A stretch of 64,000 nucleotides of DNA, taken from NCBI RefSeq assembly GCF_009914755.1, contig NC_060933.1; one strand, given 5' to 3'. The notes below the pieces were generated by a model. The model saw nothing but the letters and a program-made list of their open reading frames with translations. It was not told the origin of the DNA and did no database searches. Shown here piece after piece: positions 1 to 11,140 of this stretch. Numbering within the stretch: the first letter of the stretch is position 1; each line of letters begins with the position of its first letter. The DNA is from the human T2T-CHM13v2.0 reference genome, Homo sapiens. Both the position numbers and the translations under genes were made by a program.

Positions 1-65
1 TTGATCTACGAGATTTACATATACTCTGTTATCTAATCCTGGCTGCAGTCCTATCCACTATGTAC

Positions 66-190
66 TACTATTATTATCCCCTTTTTGCAGATAAGGAAAC
101 CAAGGCATAGAGATGTTATATATCTTACATGAGGTCAGGAAGCTAGAAGAGACAGAGCCAACATTCTTGCCCAAGCCATCTGTTTCTAGC
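66..190 (-). mobile_element. MIR SINE fragment
   Basis: ATTATCCCCTTTTTGCAGATAAGGAAACCAAGGCATAGAG...GAGGTCA...CAGAGCCA resembles the reverse complement of the MIR core. Confidence 0.8.
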
Positions 191-1812
191 ATGCTCTTAT
201 CCCTTCTAATAGGCATTCCCAATGATGTCCAAGGTCTTTCTAATTGACACTGATTACTTTCAATTCTCCTATCACACTTCTGAGCACAACATTGTAGGAA
301 AATTTTTCCAGTTAGTTGGCATATAAAGGTGAAAAGTTTCATTGTCATCAGAGAAAGAAATCATAGCTGACTCCTCCGTTGAATCCATACAATTTGTGTA
401 GCAATTATATTTCCTCCTCTACTCCAATGAAGGCATTTTTAGAACCAAAGTCATATTTTCTGTTTCTTTAAAAACAAAAACAAGCTGAGTGTATCATAGG
501 TATTTTAAAATATGCATGTCTTCTAACTGGATCATACTTAGGTAACTTTTGCTCTGATACGAAAAATGTTTGAGATGCTTTCTCAAATTAAACCAGAGTT
601 TAATTCTTCAGAAAGCAATTAAAAATATTAAATGCTTTTAGATTTTAAGGTCTGTTGCTTCTTTCTGCATCTTCTAGAGAAGTTCCTTGAAAAATTAGCA
701 TCGGCTTTACAACAGTCATTCCCATCCTACAAAGAATGACAGACCATATTATTCCTAAGTACGATCCAGTCCCAGGTTCTCTGAAGATTGTTCACTTTGA
801 AAATGAACCCCAGACCACATCTAGGTTACTTTCCAGATAGGATTTTGCAAGTATACAAGAGATTAATTTTCTTGAACAATTTCAGGCTTGGTATGCAAAG
901 TCAAACATGTAATCAGGTGCAGACGTTGTACCAGACACCTCAGTAGGATGTCTTGAAGTTCCCCTGGAATGTGGTGGTGAACTGGTTAAAAAAATAATTA
1001 TAAGACTAGCGGTAAGGTTTTGGCTGAATACTACTTTTGTCCAGTATCAATCAATTAAAATGAAAGAATTTTTATGGTTGTTCAAACAAATATCCGGGTC
1101 CATCTGTGGCTATTTTATTTATGGCATTGCTGTTTTTCACCAACAACAAGTTGGCTAAAAATCAGGTTTTAAAATCTTAATTAGAATCAAAACATGATCT
1201 TCTCATTTAACGCCTCCGTTCAAGTTCATGTTACTGCTGTGTAGAAAACGGAGTCTGCTTTCTGGAGGCAGATCCTGACTCCTGCACCATGGTAATCTAC
1301 ACAGCCGGCCCACAGCTGAGGGATGAGCTGTATTTCTTTAAGTATTTTTATTAGGCTGATTCCCACAAGTTTAAGAACACTGTAATCGGAGACACTGCAA
1401 GGCCACATTAAAATAAGAGGAGGAAACTGAACTCTCATTCAACCCGTTTCCATGAAGTTTAGAATTTTCAACTCATTTCAAAGCAGAGGATGTTCCTTTT
1501 CACATCCTTCATGTTTTGTAAACACTGCAAGTGCTACTGGCTTCGTTTTCATTAGTAGGAGCCACCAGCTTATGTTTATTATTTTTAATTATTAGACCTT
1601 CTGCAAAGAGAACACTACTGCTGACAATTTATATTAGTGATGATGCATCCTGATTGGTCAGAGGTGTTATTCCCTCCTTCTTTCCTCACTAGTAATGTTT
1701 GTGATTATTTATAACCTCCACATTTTGGTGTGTCGTGTTTTTCCCCCAAACAATTTTCTGTGACACCAGTTAACAATGCGTAATTACGATAACCAAGGCT
1801 GGGTCTATCTGA

Positions 1813-2001
1813 TGCCGAAGCATCCGGTTGGAAGGCGAAATTTAGTCAAACATCTGAATGTTTGAGCTGCATAGGGCCAAACATCTGGATGTTCCCAAAT
1901 ATTTTCTCAAATATTTGGAAACATCCACAGATTTCTCCTTGTGTAGACAAAACATCCAGATGATTAACTGAATGCTTCTCTTTTCATCTGGATATTTGGC
2001 C
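1813..2001. repeat. Ancient ~190-bp imperfect palindrome (probable MITE/hairpin-type ancient repeat, family not assigned)
   Basis: Core GGATGTTCCCAAATATTT-TCTC-AAATATTTGGAAACATCC (1887-1926, 1 mismatch). The arms remain alignable for about 90 bp on each side. Confidence 0.8.
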
Positions 2002-2190
2002 ACTGAATTTTCTTTGGGTTCTCTATATAAGAATATCTATCCAGCTGTTTTACATAGCCATTGCTACACCAAAACAAGAAACACAGGGAAAAAACACATC
2101 CTATTGCTCCAAGGCAAGTCTATCTAGTTTTCAGTAATTGTGACAAACACCACACTGAAGCATAAATTACCTCCAGAAGGAGAAATCTTT

Positions 2191-2740
2191 CTGTAGTCTC
2201 CTCTTATCCACGGTTTTGATTTCTGTGGTTTCTGTTACCTGCGGTCAACCATGGTCCAAAAATATCAAATGGAAAATTCCAGAAATAAAGAACTCATAAG
2301 TTTTACATTGCTCACCATTCTGAGTAGTGTGATGAAATCTCACACCATCCCACTCCATCCCGCCTAGGATGTGAATCATCCTTGGTTCAGTGTATCTGTG
2401 CTGTCTACACTACCCACTTGTGAGTCACTCAGTAGCAGTCTCAGTTATCAGATCCACGGTTGAGTTATCACAGCACTAGTGCTCAGGTTACCCTTGTTTT
2501 ACTTCATAGTGGCTCCAAAGTGCAAGAGTAGTGATGCTGGCATATTGTTATAATTGTTCTATTTTGCTATTATTTATTGTTGTTGATCTCTTTCTGTGCC
2601 TAATTTATACATTAAACTTTATCATAGGTATGTATGTATAGGAAAAAACATAGTATGCATAGGGTTCAGTATTATCCATGGTTTCAGGTATCCACTTGGA
2701 GCCTTAGAATGTATCCCCTATGGATAAGGGGGAACCACTG
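2191..2740 (+). mobile_element. MER44B (Tigger7-derived non-autonomous DNA transposon)
   Basis: Terminal inverted repeats CTGTAGTCTCCTCTTATCCACGG ... CCTATGGATAAGGGGGAACCACTG followed by TA; length 550 bp. Confidence 0.85.
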
Positions 2741-3399
2741 TATATCCTAAAAGCTAGGAAGAAAAGAGTTCAAGTGTCAAGTCTCAGAAAAGGAAATTAC
2801 TTATCCAGTGTTAACACCTTGCAGTAACTATTTTTGTTGGCACTAATAGTAACTTCTGAAGCTCCAGTCTCTGTGTTCCTTCCCCAGCCATGTTCTTTGG
2901 GCTCCCTTGAATTGTCCTCCAACTAGAGATTGACAAAGTTAGACTAGAAGCTATTAAAACATTCAAAACTCTGGTTAGATGATACTAACTCAAAACTGTA
3001 CAGATACATAACCTAAAAAAATTGCAATTTTTGTAAGCAATAGCCTCTCATCCAGAAGCTGGTAGCCACACTACAACATGTGAACTCTTCCTGAAATAGT
3101 ATATAAAGATTTATACAAATAGGCATTTTGTGCAGAGGAGGGAGAGTACCTAGAGATTTCTCTAGTCTCTCAAGGGCTGTTTTTCAATGAGTACCTTCTC
3201 CTTAGTAGGCATATTTTTAATACTTTCTAAAATTATTTGTGAGTTGGGAGAATCGATGCCTCTTATTGTATGTGGTTGTTTGTGATGAGTTCTAGCAACA
3301 TTTTGTTTCCTTCGTTGGGCTGGTTTCAAAGATAACATGAAAAGCATTTAAAGATATCAAAGACACTTTATGTGTAGTCACCCCCAGCATATACTCCCT

Positions 3400-4130
3400 C
3401 TTAGCCAAGGATTGTTCAATTGCAAGAAACTGTTAGCCACTCAAGCTTGTGAAGAACAAGGAGTTTAGCTTAAGGAGTCAGAGTAATCTCTTGGAAACAG
3501 ATGGCAGGACATACAAACAGGCCTCACAAGGGACTAGAACTAGGACCTGCGATGCCCAGAGGCACAGGGGAGCCACTCTTCTGGTCTCTGCCTCTCTGAG
3601 ACCACATGGTCCCTCATCTCTCGGCCCTCTGCACTATTCTGTAATTCATCTAATCTCTCTGTCTTGGTTCCTCACATGTACAATGAGGATAATGATAGTA
3701 TCTACCTTAAAAGTTAGATGTGCCTATCAATGAGTTAGTCCATACAGCGTGCTTAGAAGACTGCCTGTCACATAATGAGCACACAATGAATGGCATCCAT
3801 TGTTATTGTTACTATTGATTATTCTCTTTGCAGACCAAACTCTCCTGCCTGCTCAGCAGTACATATGGCTTTTGAATAGCCACACTCAAATGACAGCCCC
3901 TGTTCCCCAGGTTTGTTTGTATGATTCTCATTCTCATAGTTAACTAACTGCTGATTCTGAATCCCAATTTGAAATTCTCGAGAGAGGATCTAATGAGCCC
4001 AACTTTGGGCAGGTGTGTACCTCTGGCCCCATCAGCTGCTGCCCTGCCCAGAGATGCCACAGAGCTCACTCACCCCTTCATGACCTGGTGGGCAAACTCT
4101 TAGGGAAAGAAGAGTGGGTCAGGGACGAAA
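3400..4130 (-). mobile_element. Old MaLR LTR (MLT1-type), interrupted by a MIR
   Basis: TTGCAAGAAACTG...ACTCAAGCTTG start and GAGAGAGGATCTAATGAGCCCAACTTTGGGCAGGTG internal motif are typical of old MLT1. Confidence 0.5.
3633..3820 (+). mobile_element. MIR SINE
   Basis: TCTCTCTGTCTTGGTTCCTCACATGTACAATGAGGATAATGATAGTATCTACC...GTGCTTAGAAGACTGCCTGTCACATA matches the MIR 3' half. Confidence 0.85.
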
Positions 4131-4189
4131 CAGAAGGCATTCTTATGCAGATAGCAACATTTTAAACTTGCATTATATGGCATTAAAGT

Positions 4190-7100
4190 TAGAACACATA
4201 GCTGAGCGTAAAGGAAATAATCTATGATCTCTCTACTTAGGGAAAATTTTATTTTTAATATTTTAGTACATATTTATCATGCATTTTATACATATTTTTA
4301 CCTATTTTATAAATGTAAAATGATACTCTGTATTTTGTTTGCAGTTTTTTTCTCACTAACAAACTGAAATTTTCCATTAACTATTTAGTATTATTCTACA
4401 ATATGTTTCTTAATGACAGGATGGCATTTGTTTAAATACATATAAAATAGAATATATTATAATAGCCCATCTTTGAACATTTAGATTATTTTCAATTATA
4501 TAACTTATAAGTGGTGCCCTCACATAGCATCTTTTGCATAAATTGTTATTCATATGGTTTTTTCTTCACTTTTAATTAAACAAGAAATAAACTCATGTAT
4601 GGCACTTTATTTTCCATTTTTACTTCTATTGCATTATCTAGGAGTTTGTCTATTTTTATTTGTTTTTATCAAAGAGCCACTTTTTGGATTTATTATCAGT
4701 CTATCAATCATTTGGGCTGGCTTCAATGGTGAGCTGCTAATTAAGTTAAAAATAAAAGTCAAAGACACAATAAGATTCAGGACATGATGAGGATATCTAT
4801 GGAATATATAACTCTTTTTAAAAATGAACTTAATGATCTGTTTTGTTTAGTTCAAACTTTCTGAGACTGCAAGCCTACTTTGCAAGAGGAAAATCTCCAC
4901 AGCTATGTCATCTACCTGCTTATAGGGTGTAAAATTCAATCTATGACTAACAAATCAATATTGTAAATTATATTACTTGGATACTCATTTGTCTTACATT
5001 TATTTATTTAGCCTGCTCTGTGGGTCAAATAAGAGGAGAATCTTAATAAACAGTCTTACTACTATTGAACCTGACCATTTCTCCTTGTTTCTCTGACATT
5101 TTCCACATAATTTCTTTCACTGATATATTCAGATTCTATTACAGTATAAATTAATTATAGATTGAAACTTTAAATACTTACACTGCCTTTATTTGTCCAA
5201 TATATTATTACTTGATGTAAATTCTATTCAGTCATATACTAATATTGCTAATCCTTGCTTTTATGTCTGAACGTGACCAAGATATTTTTGCCTAAACTTT
5301 TATTTTTGTACCTTTTGAGTTCCTTTAATATGGCAAATATATATATATATGCTGTTTTAATTCTGTCTGATATCTTTTTTGTTCTGCTCAGAATTTAATT
5401 CATTTATAACTAATCAGAACTGATCAGTTTTGCTAAAAGTTTAGTCGTGACTCTCTTAGAAATGAACACATATTAAGATTTTATTTAACACCCAAGCAAA
5501 CCAGACAGATGTCCTAATCAGTTCAAAAGAGAATCTGAAGAACAGATACATTTGATCAGGAATAGACATTAATGTACAAATGGGAGCAAACTGGTTTCTT
5601 GAGGGGAAGCTGGAGGTAGGTCAATTGACCAGGTCAGGGCAGAATTTGTGTTTATAGACAAGAAATATTTAGCATTGCTATCAGTTACCAACAACTTACA
5701 GTTGTGAACTAACTCAAAGACAACTAGCGGCTAGAACTAGATAACTTACAAGGGTGTCCTGTATGGAGCCAAGCATAGTTTTTCATTAAAGCTCATATTT
5801 CCCTGAAGTTGTTTTTCGGTCATTCTGAATGCTTTCTGTTTTTTCAATTCTTTCCTATTTTATTTGTTTTCTATTTTATTCAAGTTATGTTTCTCCCTCT
5901 CTTCCATCTAGTTATTTATAGGAAATTAACCTCTCACTATGGTTGAACTGTTCGACTGTGCATTCTAATTTATTTTCCTCTAATTATTAACTTTAGATTA
6001 CAACTTTTACTTCTTCCTACTAGTTTTTGTGATATAGTCCAGAACTTGAGGTCTAGTTTCTTGCCTTCAAATAATCACTGTCACTTTAAAATATGCATAT
6101 TTTCAAGTACTAACATTTTATTGTTTCCTTAATTTATAATTATTAAGATTTATGTTTTACAGTGATAGCCCTCATCTTTCTATATTTCATTACTTCCCTG
6201 TTCTTGAGTGTGTGTGTGTGGGTATACTCATTTCTTAGTCAGAAAAGTTTTGCATATATTTCTAAAAGAAACATATGTGTAATTCATGTATTGGCAGTCA
6301 TTGTATATCCAATAAAGTGTTTCTGGTACCTTTGTATGTCAACAAAACCTATATATATTATAGAAATCTTTGGTGATAGTCTTTTTTTTCCCATTTAAAA
6401 CTCTGAGGAAATCACTTCATCGTCTTCTAGCTTCTCATTACAAAGGGAAAATCGAAATCTGAAACTGGATGTTTTTTATTCATTCACAGATGACCAGTCT
6501 TGTCTGCTTAGACGCATGTCAGATGGGTTTTTCCCCTTGAACTTTAAGACTTTCATCAGCATATATCTATTTGTTGTTAATTTCATTAATATTTTTTGGG
6601 ATTTTTTGAGCTCATTCAGTTTACAAAACCAGACCTTATTCATTAGCCCAGCCAAATGTCATTTAATTTTTCTGACTATTGCTTTCTTTCTGTTTATGCT
6701 GATATCCCCTTCAGTAACAGTCACTCTCATGATGTCAGTAATATATCCTCCAAATGACTTACCTCAGCTTTGATTGTCTTTATTTTTTTGTCATTTACCT
6801 CTGCATTCTGAAATATTTTTTACCAAGCATATATTCAATACCCTTCATTTGACTTACTATGATGTTATTTCTACTCCTATTACATTTTTAAACTCTGTTC
6901 TTAAATGTTTACTTTAAAAACATTTTTTCCCTTGGAACTCATTTTAAATTTCTGCCTCTCTGCAACCAGTTCCAATTTCAAATCTGTTTATTGTATTATC
7001 ATCTCATCTTACAGGTTTTATTTTATGGAACCCATGTTTTTCTAATATTCATAAGACCACAAAATGGTGTATAAACTGTATTTCTGTTTCTTTCTATAAT
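4190..7100 (-). mobile_element. Highly decayed L1M fragments (3' end, ORF2 start, ORF1)
   Basis: T-rich strand bias; ACTTCATCGTCTTCTAGCTTCTCATT near 6415-6440 resembles antisense L1M ORF1; boundaries approximate. Confidence 0.5.
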
Positions 7101-7379
7101 TTTTTAAAATATGCTTCTGTCTGTGAATAGTATGATCCTGGTTGTGTATGTGCCTGTGTGTGCCTATATGTGTATCCAAAAATCTGAACCCTAAGACTAG
7201 AGGAAGAGGACAAAGTCAGCCAGCAAGATCATTTGTGTCACACAAGTCTAGAAACTCATAAGTTCATTAACACATGTACTTCTTAAAAAAAAAAAAAAAA
7301 AGGAGAAAGAGAGAGAGTCCCAAGGGAAGACTAAAAACAAAAGAAATGGTTGAAAATCTTTTCAAGGATGTTCACCTCA

Positions 7380-9570
7380 TATATCCAGCCAAAACCCACC
7401 TTACCCTAGAGGACTCTCCTCAGGTAGATTTACTCCCTGGAGAGACAAAACTAGTGCAATTCCAGAGTCAGGGTCCTTGGGCATAGTTGAGGGTGAAGCT
7501 GAGGTATCGTTCTGAAAATGGGGCTGAGGATCTAGGCTAGGAATGCATATTGAGCTATGAGACTCACGTTACCCATGCAAGAGACTGGAAGTTTCCTCTC
7601 TGAAAAATGGCTCCTTACAAAGACTCAGATCATGACACTCAGAGGCCACCAGCTGACAGGCCCTGCCCCTGCACACAGAAATTCTGATCTTCATTATAAA
7701 TATGAACATACAGCCAAGGCTCACCACACATTTGAGAGAAGTCTCTAACAGGAAAGACTGGCCAAAATAAACAAATAAGACACGCTTGCAGGAAATAAAG
7801 ACAATACAGTGAGCAAAGAAAGGTTTAAAAATTTTTTTAATATAGTATTAATAGTCTCATAGTAACCAGAAAAGATTTTTTGCGTCATGAGATAATAACA
7901 CATTGCTATTTTTTAAAAGACTTTTCACAGAACAATTAAATAAAAATGCTATAAAGAAGGGATGATAACTGAGGAAATCTTCAGAAAGTAAAGCAAACCC
8001 ACAAGAAAGGATAAAAAATAGGAGAGGAGGGAAAAAGTTAATAAAATCTGAGGAAGCGTCCGGGAGACCTAACATCTAAATAAGAATTTTAGAAGGAAGA
8101 AAATCTAAAAGTTGAAAACTAAGAAATTATCAAAGTAATAATACATAAAATTTGCCACATCTAAAATAAATGGCTTTCTGGATTATGAAGACCCAAGTGC
8201 ACATCGTGATGAATAGACCCACAACAAAGAATATCTTTGTGAAATTTCACAATACTATGGGTAAAGAGAAGAGCCCAAATGCCTCCAAGGAGAAATAGCA
8301 GATCCCCAAAGAAGGATGAAGAATGAGAAGAGCATTTGACATAGCAACATTGGAAGCTAAATGATAAAGGAGCAAGGCCTACACTCTGTCAGCAATGATT
8401 TTCAAGCCAGAACCCTGACTCCAGCCAAATTTTAAACCAAATGTCAAAGTAGAATAAGGATAGTTTCAAGCAGTCCAAGTATCAAAAAATTGTTCTGTCA
8501 TGTTCCTTTTTGAAGAAAGCCACATAGAAACATACTCCATTACAACAAAGGAGTAAATCACAAATGAGAAAGATGTGGAAATCAGGAAACTGGAGGTTCC
8601 ACACAGTTAAAGACTAAGGGAATTCTAGAAAGAAAAAAAAAAGTGGTAAAAGAAGACCCCAGGATGACAACTGTGCAGAAAGCCCAGAGGAAACTCAGTC
8701 CAGATGTGGGGCATGGAGGGCTCCAGGAGCTACACGCCAGCACCGCTTGGTTGTAATGAGGAGATTTGCATTTCATTTGGAGAGTTTAGCAATAGTACAC
8801 AGAAACTAAGCAAACCCACAGAAAGGAGGCAAGTCTTAGCTCTAGCCAAAACAAAAAGTTGTACAAGAAAGGTTATGATACAATGTAGCTCAACTGTGAG
8901 CATTCTTTATATGATCGTAATTATATAAATACTGACGACTGATAAGATTAAGTATTGATATGATTATACTGAGGGAGGTGGGGTGTATTAATTAGTTCAG
9001 GCCACTTTAACAAATTACCATAGACTGGTTGGCTTAAACAACACACATTTATTTATCATAGTTCTGAAGGCTGGGAAGTCCAAGATCAAGGTGCCAGCAG
9101 ATTTGGTGTCTGGTGAGGGCCCTCTTTCTGGTTTGTAGGCAGCCAGGTTCTTGCATCCTCACATGGGAAAGAGCAGAGAGAGCTCTCATGTCTCTCCTTA
9201 TAAGGCCACTGCTCCCATTCGTGAGGGCACCACCCTCACGACCTAATTATCTCCCAAAGCCTTCACCTTCTAACTTCATCACATTGGGAGTTAAGGTTGC
9301 AACATACAAATTTTAGGAGGATGCAAACATTCAGTCCATAACACAAGGGAAGGAACCTAATTCCTATAATAGGAAATAATATCTAAACTAAAAAATTAGC
9401 AGTAGAATGTGTTAGTTAAATATGGAGACAGCAATAAGAGTTATGTGATTGCCTTAGAAGGATGAGGATGGGGATAAGGAAAAGTAGACAAGCATTATAA
9501 GTTGTTCAGTTGCTTTTTAAAACTAGAACTAAATATATTACTTTGATTAAAATAAAACTTTAAATTTAAA
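7380..9570 (+). mobile_element. HAL1 (half-L1), interrupted by an MLT1A LTR
   Basis: A-rich ORF1-like segment at 7900-8520 followed by the HAL1-type CCCAGGATGACAACTGTGCAG...CAGTCCAGAT...GGAGGGCTCCAGGAG stretch; no ORF2 follows. Confidence 0.7.
8984..9343 (-). mobile_element. MLT1A/MLT1A0 solo LTR
   Basis: TGTATTA...ACCATAGACTGGTTGGCTTAAACAAC...GGCTGGGAAGTCCAAGATCAAGGTGCCAGCAG...ACATTCAGTCCATAACA; about 360 bp. Confidence 0.85.
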
Positions 9571-10675
9571 TTTATAATAAAGGAACACAATCAAAATATA
9601 TTTTCCTTCAGATTATTCAAACTATATGCTCATTTCTTTATGATTCAGAATTATTCACAAGATCTTTTTTCCCCCTAGTTTCTCATACTGAAATAGTAAA
9701 AAGTTTATTCAGGGCTGGTATTTCCCTCAGAAACAGGGTGGGAGAGTCTTCTCGGCTTGCAGTTAGAGGATATCTTCCAGATTTCAAGTGATGGGCTTTG
9801 GGCAATATCAATGACCCAGTAGCTTGAAGGACATAGGAACAGAGATGGGGGTCTGGAAATCCTGGAAGGTGGGGAGTAGGAGGTTTTAACATCAAGGATT
9901 TCTTCTTCATTTCTAGGAAAGCTCCTATTTCAGGGTTAAACCAATTGTGGGGCAGCTTCCTTCCAGGAGTGGAAATGATCTCCGTGATTGTTCGAGAAAA
10001 GGTTTCTTTACTGTCTTTGTTGGCCCTGTGCTTCCAATGCCCTGAAGCCTCTAAGCCCATTCCTCAAGAGCAACTCCACGCCTCATCAATAAATGAGCCC
10101 TCTTAGGAAGCTGCCTCTCTGTAACTACTGCCACTGCAAAAGCTGGCTTTTTGGTATTACTGCCCACATTCATGGATTTGTGGGTCAGATTTCTCTAGGC
10201 AGCTCCCTGCTGCATCAATTAAGACATCTCAGCCTCAGGAAATGACTTGTCCAGAGCCACTGCCACAGCGCCTCTGGAGGCTTCAGCTCAGTTCCTCCAA
10301 CCACCCAGAACTCTGACCTCAATTCTGCTCACAGTCAGTGGGAAAGAGGATCCAAATTCTGCTTTCTCTGTCATCCTAAACTCTTGTCTACAGTATGGGT
10401 CTCTCTGAGTCCTAAAGTTGTCCATAAGCCCCAAGATTTCTTCCACTTGCTTGTCACAAAATCACAAAACGTCCTTATAGCGTGCCACCGGGGGGTCCTT
10501 GCTTTTGACCACCATTGAATCCAGTAGGAATTCCTCAGGTTTTCTGACATTTGAATAGCTCTATTTCCCAGCTGTCAGTGCTAGTGAACAGGTTTTTTCA
10601 TGAATTTTTAAATTTTCTAGATCTTTTCCACGGAGGAATAGCTAAATATTGTCAGCCTAAATCAGCATACAGCAA

Positions 10676-11140
10676 GTATCAGTTAAAATTAGGTTCACTC
10701 GCCAAGGTCGCGCCTTTGCGCTCCAGCCTGGGCAACAAAGCAAGACTCCGTCTCAAAAAAAAAAAAAAAAAAATTAGGCTAAGCAGTTGCATGTTACAGA
10801 AACTCAAAACAAGGGTACTTAAATGAGATTAAGGTTTACTCCCCCCTCACATAAAGAAGTAAGGAGTTCAGCAACCAGAGAACCAGAGTCGATGTAGTGA
10901 CACCTTTTATATCATTGCTCTGCCATCCCTACGAAATGGTGCTTGTACTCATGATCCAAAATGGCTGCCAGGACTCCATCCAACAAATCTGTTTTCCGGG
11001 CAGAAGAATGGAGGAAGGAGCAAGAAACTGTGCTCACATTTCCTTTAGAGGACACCTTCTAGGGCCACATCCAATTCTATTTATTTCTCATTGGTCAGAG
11101 CTTCGTAATGTGGCTTCATTGAGCTTCAGAAGAAGTTGAA
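10676..11140 (-). mobile_element. MLT1J-type LTR interrupted by a short Alu
   Basis: TCAGTTAAAATTAGG...GTTACAGAAACTCAAAAC...CTCATGATCCAAAATGGCTGC...TCTCATTGGTCAGAGCTT. Confidence 0.65.
10701..10773 (+). mobile_element. Extremely 5'-truncated Alu (last ~54 nt plus poly-A)
   Basis: GCCAAGGTCGCGCCTTTGCGCTCCAGCCTGGGCAACAAAGCAAGACTCCGTCTC followed by a poly-A run; TSD AAAATTAGG at 10685-10693 and 10770-10778. Confidence 0.9.

Noticed and set aside
1-5000. lncRNA exons or assignment to a specific chromosomal locus
   Set aside because: Splice structure and locus identity cannot be established from sequence alone; a BLAT search would settle it
5445-5790. Possible old LTR inserted in the L1M region (similar case at 9690-10550)
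   Set aside because: Composition suggests it, but I cannot match a family or find termini/TSD with confidence
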